64,000 bases of DNA from an uncultured Gemmatimonadota bacterium (GTDB lineage: Bacteria > Gemmatimonadota > Gemmatimonadetes > Palauibacterales > Palauibacteraceae), in NCBI GenBank assembly GCA_964509895.1, contig CAZDZJ010000015.1:14983-78982 (forward strand), written 5' to 3'. Of the stretch, positions 8,645 to 17,962 are shown piece after piece. The notes under the pieces are model-generated. The model was not told where the DNA came from, searched no databases, and worked only from the letters and a program-made list of their open reading frames with translations. A program made the position numbers and the translations under genes. Within the stretch, counting starts at the first letter, position 1. Each line of letters begins with the position of its first letter.

Positions 8645-9232
8645 TCAGGGCGTCAGCGCCCGCAGCACGTCATCGCCGTAGAACATGCCGATGTACCTGG
8701 CCTGGACGGGTGTGACCCGGCGGACGGCCCAGATCAGCTCGACGTGGTTGGGCTCTCGCGGCTCCGCCTGGAGCGCGAACCCGCACTCCGCCAGCAGACG
8801 GTCGGCCTTCTTCAGGTTGCACTTGCTGCAGGCCGTAACCACGTTCGACCACCCGTTGTCTCCACCGCGCGAGATGGGGGTCACGTGATCGCGGGTCAGC
8901 GACTCGCGGTACCCCAGCTCCCTCCGGTGACGGCCGCAGTACTGGCAGCGATAGGCGTCGCGCGCGAACAGGAACGTGTTCGTCACCTGGCGGCGGAAAC
9001 GGCGCGGGATCTGGATGAACCGGACGAGGCGGATGACGACCGGCGTATCCATCTGCATGTGCTCGGATCGGATCGGGCGGGCCGAATCCACTTCGAGCGC
9101 GTCGGCTTTCCGGTCGATGACCAAGCGGATTGCCCGCCGGACCGGAATGATCGTCAACGGCTCGTATGAAGCGTTCAGGGCCAGACAGCCCATGAGCGAC
9201 CCCCCATTGGATTCGGTGCGGAAAACAAGCAA
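8645..9232 (-). CDS. HNH endonuclease
   Basis: HNH motif CQYCG...LTRDHVTPISRGGDNGWSNVVTACSKCNLKKAD. The real start may be the internal Met (MGCLALNASYEPL, ~9193). The stop is 1 nt from the tatA start. Confidence 0.8.
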   Translation of the reverse strand: MLVFRTESNGGSLMGCLALNASYEPLTIIPVRRAIRLVIDRKADALEVDSARPIRSEHMQMDTPVVIRLVRFIQIPRRFRRQVTNTFLFARDAYRCQYCGRHRRELGYRESLTRDHVTPISRGGDNGWSNVVTACSKCNLKKADRLLAECGFALQAEPREPNHVELIWAVRRVTPVQARYIGMFYGDDVLRALTP

Positions 9233-9244
9233 CCCGGCTGCGAC

Positions 9245-11572
9245 GTGTCAAGCGAAGAACCCGGCGGGGAGGCCGTGCGGGAGGTGAGTTCCGCCGGGGT
9301 GTGCGAGGTTGCGGTCGCGCGGACCTTTCTGGGCACGCTCGCGTACTCGATTCCCCCCTCGCTCATCGGCGCCGTCAAGCCGGGCGTGCGCGTCCGCGTG
9401 CCTCTCGGTGGGGGGACGGCGGTCGGGGTGGTGGACCGCCTCGGGCTCAGGGAGGACCGGGGAGGCAAGCCGCGGTTGCGGGAGCTGCGCGGCGTGCTGG
9501 ACGAAGAGCCGGTGATCGAGGCGGGCCTGCTCGATCTCTGTCGCTGGATCGCGGACTACTACGTGGCGCCTCTCGGCGTCGTGCTGAAGGCCGCTCTCCC
9601 TCCTGGAACGCTCGGAACCCGGGCCGCGAGCGGGGGTAGCCCCGGCCCCCGCACCGAGCGCGTGCTCCTGCTCGCGCGGAAGCTGCGGACGCTGAGCGAA
9701 CGGGACCGCGCCTTCGGGCGCGCGAGGCGCCAGCGCGAGTTGTACGAGACGCTGGAGTCCGTCGGCGGGCAGTCGCCGGTCGGGCACCTGATGAAGCAGC
9801 TCGGCTTCACCCGAGCCGTCATCAACGGTCTCGTGGAGCGGCGGCTGGCCGAGATCGTGGAGCGGGAGGTGGAGCGCGATCCGTTCGCGTCTCCGGTCGA
9901 GGCGGAGGCCCGCTTCGCGCTGACGGCGGATCAGGCCAGGGTCGTGCGCGGCCTCGAACGTCTCGACGCGCCCGGCCGGGTCGCACTGCTCCGCGGTGTC
10001 ACGGGCTCGGGCAAGACCGCCGTCTACCTCGAGGTGCTCGAACGCCAGCTCGGCCTGGGCCGGTCCGGCATCGTCCTCGTCCCGGAGATCGCCCTCACGC
10101 CGCAGACGGTCCAGCGCTTCCGGGCCCGCTTCGGCGACGCCGTCGCGGTGTTGCACTCGGGGCTCTCGGCCGGGGAGCGCTTCGATGCGTGGCGGAGTCT
10201 GCGCGAGGGGAAAAAGCGGATTGCGATCGGCCCGCGCTCGGCAGTGTTCGCACCCGTCCGCAACCTCGGTGCGATCATCGTCGACGAGGAACACGAGAGC
10301 AGCTACAAGCAGTCGGACGTGCCGCGATACCACGCGCGCTCCGTCGCGATCATGCGCGCCCGGAAGGAGGGAGCCCTCTGTGTGCTGGGTTCCGCCACTC
10401 CGGCTCTCGAGAGCTGGGCGAACGCACGCAGCGGGCGATACCACCTGCTCGAACTCGAGAAGCGCGTGACGGGCCACGGGCTCCCGTCGGTGGAACTCGT
10501 CGATCTGCGCGCCGATGTGGACGAGGGCCCGGGTCGGGACGGGGAAGACCCGCCCGCGCGCGGAGGGCCGCGGGTTTTCTCGGGACGGTTGCGCGACGCG
10601 ATCGCCGAGCGGCTGGAGCGCGGCGAACAGACCATCCTTTTTCTCAACCGCCGCGGCTATGCCTCCTTCGCCGAGTGCGCGGCCTGCGGCCACGTGTGGA
10701 GCTGTGGCGCCTGCTCGGTAACCCTCACGTTCCACCGCAGGCGGCGGGAACTCGTGTGTCATCACTGCGGCTCGACGAGCCCGCCGCCAAGGGGGTGCGG
10801 CGAATGCGGCGGACCCGCGCCGCGCTACTCGGGGATCGGGACCGAGCAGGTGGAGCGCCGCGTGGGCGAACTCTTCCCCGGCGCGGGCATCGCCCGCATG
10901 GACCTCGACACGACAGGCTCCAAGTGGGCGCACGTCGAGATCCTGGAGGCGTTCCGCAGGCGGGAGGTGGACATCCTGCTCGGGACGCAGATGATCGCCA
11001 AGGGCCTCGATTTCCCGCAGGTCACGCTCGTCGGGGTGATCAACGCGGACGTGGGTCTGCATCTGCCGGACTTCAGGGCCAGCGAACGTACCTTCCAACT
11101 CCTGGAGCAGGTCGCCGGGCGGGCCGGGCGCGGCGACGAACCCGGCGAAGTACTGGTCCAGACGTCGCGGCCGCTGCACCACGCGCTCGTGGCCGCCGCC
11201 GATCATGACTACCTCGGATTCGCCGAACGCGAACTCGGGGACAGGGAAGAGCCCGGCTATCCGCCGCACCGCCGGCTCGCGAATCTCGTCGTGTCCGGGA
11301 AGCACGAATCCCGGGTCATCGACATTGCGGAGGGACTCTCCGAGTGGACGCGTCGGCTCGTCCGCGACCGCCGGCTCGACGGAATCGAGGTCATCGGCCC
11401 GGCTCCCTGCCCCATCGACCGGCTGCGCGAGCGGTGGAGGTGGCACTTCCTGGTCAAGGCGGATCACGCGGTCACGCTCGGGGGCGTTCTTCGCTTCCTG
11501 GGAGAGCAGCGGGGCCAGCCCGGTGCCGGCCTCCGGCTCGAGATCGACCGCGATCCCGAGGCGCTCCTGTAG
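9245..11572 (+). CDS. priA: primosomal protein N' (replication restart helicase PriA)
   Basis: N-terminal 3'-DNA binding region (VAVARTF...RVRVPLGGG), Walker A GVTGSGKT, DExH box IIVDEEHESSYKQ, Cys4 zinc ribbon CAACGHVWSCGACSVTLTFHRRRRELVCHHCG. Confidence 0.9.
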   Translation: MSSEEPGGEAVREVSSAGVCEVAVARTFLGTLAYSIPPSLIGAVKPGVRVRVPLGGGTAVGVVDRLGLREDRGGKPRLRELRGVLDEEPVIEAGLLDLCRWIADYYVAPLGVVLKAALPPGTLGTRAASGGSPGPRTERVLLLARKLRTLSERDRAFGRARRQRELYETLESVGGQSPVGHLMKQLGFTRAVINGLVERRLAEIVEREVERDPFASPVEAEARFALTADQARVVRGLERLDAPGRVALLRGVTGSGKTAVYLEVLERQLGLGRSGIVLVPEIALTPQTVQRFRARFGDAVAVLHSGLSAGERFDAWRSLREGKKRIAIGPRSAVFAPVRNLGAIIVDEEHESSYKQSDVPRYHARSVAIMRARKEGALCVLGSATPALESWANARSGRYHLLELEKRVTGHGLPSVELVDLRADVDEGPGRDGEDPPARGGPRVFSGRLRDAIAERLERGEQTILFLNRRGYASFAECAACGHVWSCGACSVTLTFHRRRRELVCHHCGSTSPPPRGCGECGGPAPRYSGIGTEQVERRVGELFPGAGIARMDLDTTGSKWAHVEILEAFRRREVDILLGTQMIAKGLDFPQVTLVGVINADVGLHLPDFRASERTFQLLEQVAGRAGRGDEPGEVLVQTSRPLHHALVAAADHDYLGFAERELGDREEPGYPPHRRLANLVVSGKHESRVIDIAEGLSEWTRRLVRDRRLDGIEVIGPAPCPIDRLRERWRWHFLVKADHAVTLGGVLRFLGEQRGQPGAGLRLEIDRDPEALL

Positions 11573-11707
11573 CGGCCTGCGGAAGCGCGCGCCGAGGGGT
11601 GTCCGGACACCGTGTTTCGCTTGTTGCGTAGCCCGCGATCGCCCAGTTTGTGCGACCGGCTCCAACGGCTGTGAGCGGTGCATGAGCGGTGAAATTCAGG
11701 AGAAGTA

Positions 11708-13036
11708 ATGATGAATTCGATTTCGTGGATCGTCGGGTCCGCCGGCGTGGGACCATACGGCCACCTTCGGCATCTCGGACTTGTGATCGCGATCGGGCTG
11801 ATGTCGGCGACCTGCGGAGGACGATCGCTGCCTCCCGGGGCCTCACCGGAAGCGAGGGAGGCGTTCGCGGCGTGCGTACAGTTGGCATGGGAGGAGAAGC
11901 AGGGATGTTATGAGGAGCGGCTTCTCGACAGACTTTCCGGGGACGGCGTGGGTGCGGCGCTCGAGATGCTGGAGACGCTGGCCTCCGCCGACCGGGTGGT
12001 TCACCAGCAGTCACATGTCTTCACGCACGCAATCGGCATCAACGCCTACAAGCCCGGGGACGACTTCGCGAACGTGTTCGGGGAGTGCACCGAGGCCTTC
12101 CAGTCCGGCTGCTACCACGGCGTCGTTCAGGCATACTTCGTCGCGATGGGTGATCCGGACGCGGAGATGGTCGTGGGGCTCTGTGAACCCTACGAAGCGG
12201 ATCCGGCCGACCGCTGGATGCTCTTTCAGTGTCTGCACGGGCTGGGGCACGGCCTGACGATGTACTACGGCCACCATCTCCTCATGGCGCTCGAGGGATG
12301 CGATCAGCTGACGACCCGATGGAACCGTGACTCCTGCTACGGCGGGGCGTTCATGGAGAACGTGGTCAACGCCATCGACCCCCATCATCCTGCATCCGGA
12401 CTGGTATCCGACGGATCGGCCCCGGACGACGGGACCGGAGCAGCGGCGGAGGCGCCGGGCCACGGGGCGGGCGAGCACGACCATGCGGCGATGGCGATGG
12501 CGGGAGGCATGACCGAGGGCATCGAACCCTTCGAGCCACTGCGCGCGGACGACCCGCACTATCCCTGTTCAATCCTGGACGAACGGTACCTGACCTCGTG
12601 TTACCTGATGCAGACATCCGCGATGCTCTGGCACAACGGCTGGGACATCGCCGACGCGGCGTCCTCCTGTCTCGAAGCACCCGACGGCTGGCGGGACGAC
12701 TGCTTCGTGAGTCTGGGGCGCGACATCAGCGGCCGCGCCATCCAGGAGGCGGAGCAGTCCCGACGAGACTGCCAGGAGTCTCCGGAGGCGTTCCGCGAAT
12801 GGTGCTATGTGGGGGTCGTCAAGAACTTCGTGGACGTTACGGCAAGAACCGAAGCGGGATTCGCGTTCTGTCGACGGGTCGAGGATTCGGCCAAGTTCCG
12901 CTGCTACGAAGCAATGGGGCAGGAACTCTACTCCCTGTACGCGGACGAGGAAGGGCGCCGCGCCGCGTGCGAGGCGTCGGAGACGGAGGAACTCGCCCTC
13001 GCCTGCCAGCGGGGCGCTCTCGTGCGGACGGACTAG
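11708..13036 (+). CDS. Cys-rich (19 Cys) putative metal-binding lipoprotein with repeated C-Y-x-G modules and a His/Met-rich segment; function unknown
   Basis: Signal/lipobox-like N-terminus (LVIAIGLMSATCGG); six repeats of a C-Y motif (GCYEE, GCYHGVV, SCYGGAF, SCYLMQT, WCYVGVV, RCYEAMG); segment HGAGEHDHAAMAMAGGMTEG resembles Cu-binding Met/His-rich motifs. Confidence 0.5.
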   Translation: MMNSISWIVGSAGVGPYGHLRHLGLVIAIGLMSATCGGRSLPPGASPEAREAFAACVQLAWEEKQGCYEERLLDRLSGDGVGAALEMLETLASADRVVHQQSHVFTHAIGINAYKPGDDFANVFGECTEAFQSGCYHGVVQAYFVAMGDPDAEMVVGLCEPYEADPADRWMLFQCLHGLGHGLTMYYGHHLLMALEGCDQLTTRWNRDSCYGGAFMENVVNAIDPHHPASGLVSDGSAPDDGTGAAAEAPGHGAGEHDHAAMAMAGGMTEGIEPFEPLRADDPHYPCSILDERYLTSCYLMQTSAMLWHNGWDIADAASSCLEAPDGWRDDCFVSLGRDISGRAIQEAEQSRRDCQESPEAFREWCYVGVVKNFVDVTARTEAGFAFCRRVEDSAKFRCYEAMGQELYSLYADEEGRRAACEASETEELALACQRGALVRTD

Positions 13037-13734
13037 CCGCGCGCGGACGGTCCGGTCGGGCGCCGGTCGTCCGGCCTTCTCTGCGCCGCATGCATGAATT
13101 GCCGGAGGCGCGTCTCGTCCAGCACGCCGTTGACCCTCACGCCCGAGCAGACATCGACGCCGAATGGGCCGACGGCAGCCACTGCGGCCGCCACGTTGGA
13201 CGGCCGCAACCCACCGGCGAGATAGACCGGGCGATCCAGGCGCTCGACGACGGTGCGGCTGAGCCCCCAGTCGTGCACGCGACCCGTGCCTCCCAGTTCC
13301 CGCACCGGGAGGTCCGGGTTTCCGGAGTCGAGGAGAACCGCATCGACGAGCGGCGCGATCGCGACGGCTTCCTCGACCGAACCCTCCCCACGGACATGGA
13401 CGACCTGAACCAGCGAGACATCGGGTAACCGTCCGCGCAGGCTGCGGAGGGCCGCGGGGGTCAGACGGTCCACCAGCTGGATCGTGTCTGCCCCCGCGTC
13501 GCGCTGCTGGGCCGCGATCTCCGCCGGGTCGGTCCGCGAAGTGAGAACGAAGGTCGCGACGCCGGGCGGGGCCCCGGCCACGACGCGGCGGATGGTCGCG
13601 TTGTCGATGACCCCCGGTCCGCTCGGCATCTTCGAAACGAGTCCGATCGCCGTGGCCCCGCAGCGGGCGGCGAGCGCTGCCTCCTCGGGGCTCGCGATGC
13701 AGCAGATCTTGACCGCTGGCTTCGGCCGGTTCAG
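13033..13734 (-). CDS. trpF: phosphoribosylanthranilate isomerase
   Basis: VKICCIASPEEA...AIGLV...PFGVDVCSGVR aligns to TrpF throughout. There is no ATG/GTG/TTG within 70 codons upstream of VKIC; the only candidate is CTG overlapping the upstream gene stop (cCTGAac). The track ORF 13033..14178 has a 155-aa Arg-rich junk extension. Confidence 0.65.
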   Translation of the reverse strand: MNRPKPAVKICCIASPEEAALAARCGATAIGLVSKMPSGPGVIDNATIRRVVAGAPPGVATFVLTSRTDPAEIAAQQRDAGADTIQLVDRLTPAALRSLRGRLPDVSLVQVVHVRGEGSVEEAVAIAPLVDAVLLDSGNPDLPVRELGGTGRVHDWGLSRTVVERLDRPVYLAGGLRPSNVAAAVAAVGPFGVDVCSGVRVNGVLDETRLRQFMHAAQRRPDDRRPTGPSARG

Positions 13735-14768
13735 GCGGGCGCTCCCGTTTCGGCACGTTCGACGCCGAGCCCCGGACCGTCGGGCAGGACGATCCGTCCC
13801 GCGTCCAGGTGCGGACCCGCGAACGGGTCGGAACGCAGCAGCGCCGCGCCGTCGAGGTCCGCGTAGTCCACGAGCGAGGCGAGGTGCGCAGCCGGCGCGA
13901 TTCCTAGACTTGTCTCCAGCATGCACCCGAGCATGACCGAGAGGCCGCAGGCGCGGGCGGCGTGCACCATGCGCAGCGCCTCTCTCGGGCCACCGCACTT
14001 GGCGAGCTTGATGTTGATGCCGTCGACCAGGCCGTCGAGCCGGGGGATGTCGCTCGCGACGATGCTCGACTCGTCCACGACGATGGGCAGCACCGCGCGT
14101 GAGCGGACGAAAGCCAGTTCGTCGTTCTCCGCCGGCGGGAGCGGCTGCTCCACGAACTCCACACCGTATTCGGCGCACATTGCGATCCCTTCCACGGCCT
14201 CGCTCGGCGTCCAGGCCGCGTTCGCGTCCACGCGCAGGATCTTGTCGGGCGCCGCGCCGCGAACCGCGCTCAGCCGCGCTTCGTCATCATCGCTCCCGAG
14301 TTTGATCTTGAGGATGGGCCACTCGCCGGCCTCGCGCGTCTTCCGGGCCATGACCTCGGGCGCGTCGATTCCGATCGTGAACGAGCTGAGTGGCGCCTGT
14401 GTCGGATCGAGGCCCCAGAGCTTCCACAGGGGAAGTCCGACCCGCTTCCCGACCCAGTCGTGGAGCGCGGCGGAAACCGCACAGTGCGCGGATCCGTTGC
14501 GGCGGAGGAGGCCCACGAGATCGCGTTCGATGCTCTCGAGCTGGAACGGATCCTCCACCTCCTCCAGGCGGGGCGCGAGTTTTCTCAGCGCGGCTTCCAC
14601 GGTGTTCGCGGTTTCTCCGTAGTACGCGGACGGAGGAGCCTCGCCCCAGCCTTCGATCCCCTCGTGCTCGAGCCTCACCCAAACGAGGTCGTCACCGGTC
14701 TTCACGCCGCGGCTGATGCCGAAGGGGTACGCGGTCTCGACGTGGAACTGCTCCCAGGAGACTCTCAT
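13731..14768 (-). CDS. dipeptide epimerase (enolase superfamily, L-Ala-D/L-Glu epimerase-like)
   Basis: 345 aa; catalytic motifs of MR/MLE subgroup: KIKLG (KxK), VDANAAW, FVEQP, VVDES, K at LAKCGG. Confidence 0.75.
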   Translation of the reverse strand: MRVSWEQFHVETAYPFGISRGVKTGDDLVWVRLEHEGIEGWGEAPPSAYYGETANTVEAALRKLAPRLEEVEDPFQLESIERDLVGLLRRNGSAHCAVSAALHDWVGKRVGLPLWKLWGLDPTQAPLSSFTIGIDAPEVMARKTREAGEWPILKIKLGSDDDEARLSAVRGAAPDKILRVDANAAWTPSEAVEGIAMCAEYGVEFVEQPLPPAENDELAFVRSRAVLPIVVDESSIVASDIPRLDGLVDGINIKLAKCGGPREALRMVHAARACGLSVMLGCMLETSLGIAPAAHLASLVDYADLDGAALLRSDPFAGPHLDAGRIVLPDGPGLGVERAETGAPA

Positions 14769-14777
14769 CTGCCTCTC

Positions 14778-16013
14778 TCAGCTCCCTGCCGCGCGCCACA
14801 GGTTGTACTGGATGCGGGACGGCGTGACCTCGGGCCCATCCTCGCGCATGTAGACGTCGATTTCGGTCCGGTGACCGAAGCGTCCCTCCAGATAGACGCC
14901 GGGCTCGACGGAAAAGCCGACACCCGCCATGAGCTGGCGGTCGTCGCGCATCTCGATACTGTCCAGGGTGGGGCCGACGCCGTGGAGTTCGCGGTCGATC
15001 CCGTGCCCCGTGCGGTGGAAGATCGCGTCCTCGTAGCCGCGTGCGATCAGCGTCTCGCGGGCCGCCCGATCCGCATCCGCCCCCGTGGCGCCCGGGTTCC
15101 GGCGGATCACGTCGACCGCCGCATCGCGCGCCGCGACGACCGCCTCCCAGCCCGCGACCACGTCGTCCGGCGGCTCCGCGCCGAGAAACCCCATCCAGGT
15201 CTGGTCGGCGAACACGGCATCCGGTTCACCCGCCACCCGCCCCCACAGGTCCACCATGAACACCTGGTTTGCGGTGAGCGTCGCCGCCCCCTCGGCGTGC
15301 GGCTCGTAGTGCGGCTTGGCCGAGTTGGGGCCCACGGCCACGATCGTGTCCGTCTCCGTCAGACCTTCGGCGCGCAGGCGCTCCCGGATCCACTCGGCCA
15401 GATCGTACTCCGTGACGGGCACGGGCTCACCGGACGTGTCGGAGGCCGCGGCCGTGTCCGGATCCACCTCGGGCGCCTGCCCGGCGGCCCGCACGGCAAG
15501 CTCGAACGCGGTCCGCGCGGTCCGCGCCAGGATCTCGGCCGCCGCGTGGTGCAGGGCGTGCCCGTGCGCACCCCATTGCGCCGCGGTGCCGGAAATCAGG
15601 TCCACGGAGCTGACGACCCGGGGCCCGAGCGACTCGACGAGTTGTGCGACGCCGGCGGGGACGTGGTCCACGTACGGGATCGAATCCCGGGGGCTCACCT
15701 CCATCGCGACCGACGCCTTCCCTTCCAGCATGTCGCGCAGCGCCGTCTCCATCTCATCCCAGCCGACGTAACTCGTAAGCCGGTGCGGCCAGCCCTCCCA
15801 GCCTGACACCTCGATCTTCTGCACGAGCGCGTGCGGCGTTCGCCCCGGCTCGACGAGGACGAAATACCGGCGCTTCTGGCCCTCGGGCAGACCGACGAGG
15901 TGTGCCGCCAGCGGATTGAGCGCACGGAAGTCGTACAGCAGCCAGGCATCGATTCCCTGTCGTTCGAGCTCGCGAGAGGCTGTCTCCAGGAAGGTGGCTT
16001 CAAGGTCGGGCAA
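14778..16013 (-). CDS. M24 family metallopeptidase (Xaa-Pro aminopeptidase/creatinase-like)
   Basis: 411 aa; pita-bread fold motifs HRTGHGIDRELHGVGP, VEPGVYLEGRFGHRTE. Confidence 0.8.
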   Translation of the reverse strand: MPDLEATFLETASRELERQGIDAWLLYDFRALNPLAAHLVGLPEGQKRRYFVLVEPGRTPHALVQKIEVSGWEGWPHRLTSYVGWDEMETALRDMLEGKASVAMEVSPRDSIPYVDHVPAGVAQLVESLGPRVVSSVDLISGTAAQWGAHGHALHHAAAEILARTARTAFELAVRAAGQAPEVDPDTAAASDTSGEPVPVTEYDLAEWIRERLRAEGLTETDTIVAVGPNSAKPHYEPHAEGAATLTANQVFMVDLWGRVAGEPDAVFADQTWMGFLGAEPPDDVVAGWEAVVAARDAAVDVIRRNPGATGADADRAARETLIARGYEDAIFHRTGHGIDRELHGVGPTLDSIEMRDDRQLMAGVGFSVEPGVYLEGRFGHRTEIDVYMREDGPEVTPSRIQYNLWRAAGS

Positions 16014-16058
16014 GGCCGGGCTCCTCTTCAGCTTCAGTGGGGGCGCGATGCCGGGCGG

Positions 16059-16934
16059 TCAGGCTGTGGCGTCGCGCAGGGCCGTCAGGTGCGAGACGAC
16101 GTTGCGTCCCAGTTCGTCGGGATTGTAACCGCCCTCGAGGAAGGAAACCACGCGGTTTCCGGCCGTCGCTCGGGTCCGCCCGACGACCTCATGGGTCAGC
16201 ATGTCGAAGTCCGACGGCAGGAGCGTGAAGCCGCCCAGCGGATCCTCCGCGCCCGCGTCGAAGCCGGCGGAGATGAGCGTAAGATCGGGCTCGAAATCCT
16301 CCAGCGCGCGGTCCAGGCCGTCGAACAGTGCCTCCACGTAGCGCGCGGCCGGGAGGCCCGCGGGCATGGGGAGATTGAGCGTCGTACCCTCTCCCGCGCC
16401 TCGTCCCCGCTCGGCGGCGCCCCCGGTGCCGGGGAAGAGCGGGTGCTGGTGCATCGACAGGAAGAAGACGGCCGGATCCTCGTAGAAGATGTCCTGCGTC
16501 CCGTTCCCGTGGTGAACGTCCCAGTCCACGATCAGGACCCGGTCGACCTCCGGCCGGGCGAGGGCGTGGCGCGCGGCCACGGCGATGTGGTTGAAGAGGC
16601 AGAAGCCCATGGCGCGCTCGCGCGTCGCGTGGTGCCCCGGGGGCCGCACAGCGCAGAAGGCCGCCGGGCACTCCCCGTCGAGGACGGCGTCCACCGCGGC
16701 GACGCCGCACCCGGACGCGGCGACCGCCGCATCCCAGCTTCCCGGCGAGACGGGCGTGTCGGGATCGATCCGCACGATCCCGGCGCGCTCGATGGACCTG
16801 TCGCAGACCGCGCGCACGCGCTCGATGTGTCCGGGCGCGTGCGCACGTTCCAGTTCCGCGACGCCGGCCGGCGGCGGCATGCGTGGGAGAACGGCGTCGT
16901 GAAGCTCGGGCAGCGCCCGCTCGAGCGCGCTCAT
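16059..16934 (-). CDS. histone deacetylase family protein (AcuC/HdaH-like); true N-terminus probably extends ~30 codons upstream of the annotated ATG
   Basis: VDWDVHHGNGTQ and GFCLFNH motifs. In-frame upstream sequence (LKRLGLFQHPDCSRHDTGWGHPEHQGRLRAV-MSALE) matches the conserved HDAC N-terminus, but lacks an ATG/GTG/TTG and runs into the 3' end of the sigma factor gene. Confidence 0.75.
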   Translation of the reverse strand: MSALERALPELHDAVLPRMPPPAGVAELERAHAPGHIERVRAVCDRSIERAGIVRIDPDTPVSPGSWDAAVAASGCGVAAVDAVLDGECPAAFCAVRPPGHHATRERAMGFCLFNHIAVAARHALARPEVDRVLIVDWDVHHGNGTQDIFYEDPAVFFLSMHQHPLFPGTGGAAERGRGAGEGTTLNLPMPAGLPAARYVEALFDGLDRALEDFEPDLTLISAGFDAGAEDPLGGFTLLPSDFDMLTHEVVGRTRATAGNRVVSFLEGGYNPDELGRNVVSHLTALRDATA

Positions 16935-17035
16935 GACGGCGCGCAGCCGGCCCTGGTGCTCGGGGTGGCCCCAGCCCGTGTCGTGCCGGCTGCAGTCGGG
17001 ATGTTGAAAGAGACCGAGGCGCTTCAGTGCACTGG

Positions 17036-17875
17036 CTAGGTAGCGAAGGTCGCGAGGCTCTGGCCCTCGGCACCTTCCCGCAGCTCCCTGAGGGCCCGGT
17101 CGCGGAGTTGCCGGACGCGTTCCCGCGTCACGCCCAGCAATCGGCCGATCTGTTCGAGAGTGTGCGGGTCTTCGCCCTGCAGGCCGTAGTACAGACGGAC
17201 GACGCGCGCGTCCCGCGGTCGCAGATGACGCAGACCCGCGGCGATGTGCCGCTTGAGCAGTCGCCGCTCGACGATTTCCTCGACATCCGTTTCGTCCGCG
17301 AGGAACCGTTCGGCAAGGTCGCTGTCCTCGCTCCCCCCCACTCGTGCGTCGAGCCGGACTTCACGCGCGTTCAGTCTCCGCAGCAGGACGACCGTGGACA
17401 CCGACAGCCCTGCCTCCTCCGCGATCTCCCGATCACCGGGCTCGCGGTCCAGGCTCTGACGAAGTCCGTCGCGCACGCGGAGCATGCGCGCCAGCTCCGT
17501 CGCCCGATTGAGCGGAACGCGCACGGGTCTGGCCTGCTTCGCGATGGCCGACAGCATCGCCTGCCGGATCCACCACACGGCGTAGCTGATGAACTTCACG
17601 CCGTGGTCCGGGTCGAATTTCCGGGCGGCGATGACCAGGCCGACGTTCCCCTCCTGAATGAGGTCGAGGAAGCTCAGCCCCTTGTTGCGGTAGCGTCGGG
17701 CGATGGAGATGACGAAGCGCAGATTGGCCTGGACGAGCCGCTCGAGGGCGGAGGCGTCGCCGCTTCGGGCCGAACGGGCCGTCTCACGCTCCTCGCCCGG
17801 GCTCAGGAGAGGATAACGACCCAGTTCCTCGAGGTAGCGTTCGAGGATGTTGGGCGAGGAAACCTCGCGATCCAT
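17036..17875 (-). CDS. RNA polymerase sigma factor, sigma-70 family (group 2/3-like, 279 aa)
   Basis: Region 2 (DLIQEGNVGLVIAARKFDPDHGVKFISYAVWWIRQAM), region 3 and region 4.2 HTH (HTLEQIGRLLGVTRERVRQL); no RpoH box. Confidence 0.85.
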   Translation of the reverse strand: MDREVSSPNILERYLEELGRYPLLSPGEERETARSARSGDASALERLVQANLRFVISIARRYRNKGLSFLDLIQEGNVGLVIAARKFDPDHGVKFISYAVWWIRQAMLSAIAKQARPVRVPLNRATELARMLRVRDGLRQSLDREPGDREIAEEAGLSVSTVVLLRRLNAREVRLDARVGGSEDSDLAERFLADETDVEEIVERRLLKRHIAAGLRHLRPRDARVVRLYYGLQGEDPHTLEQIGRLLGVTRERVRQLRDRALRELREGAEGQSLATFAT

Positions 17876-17962
17876 CGCAACTTCCTCTTCTCCGGTCTTC
17901 GTGGACTGCCAGTGAAAGCTAACGCGGATCGGCCACCCCGCAAACCAGGGAACCGGGATGCG

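Noticed and set aside
9248-11683. 811-aa minus-strand ORF antisense to priA
   Set aside because: Arg/Pro/Gly/Asp-rich junk composition; priA on + strand has all helicase and zinc-finger motifs
13735-14178. N-terminal 155 codons of track ORF 13033..14178 (trpF extension)
   Set aside because: Arg-rich junk overlapping the dipeptide epimerase gene in another frame; TrpF homology starts at VKICC
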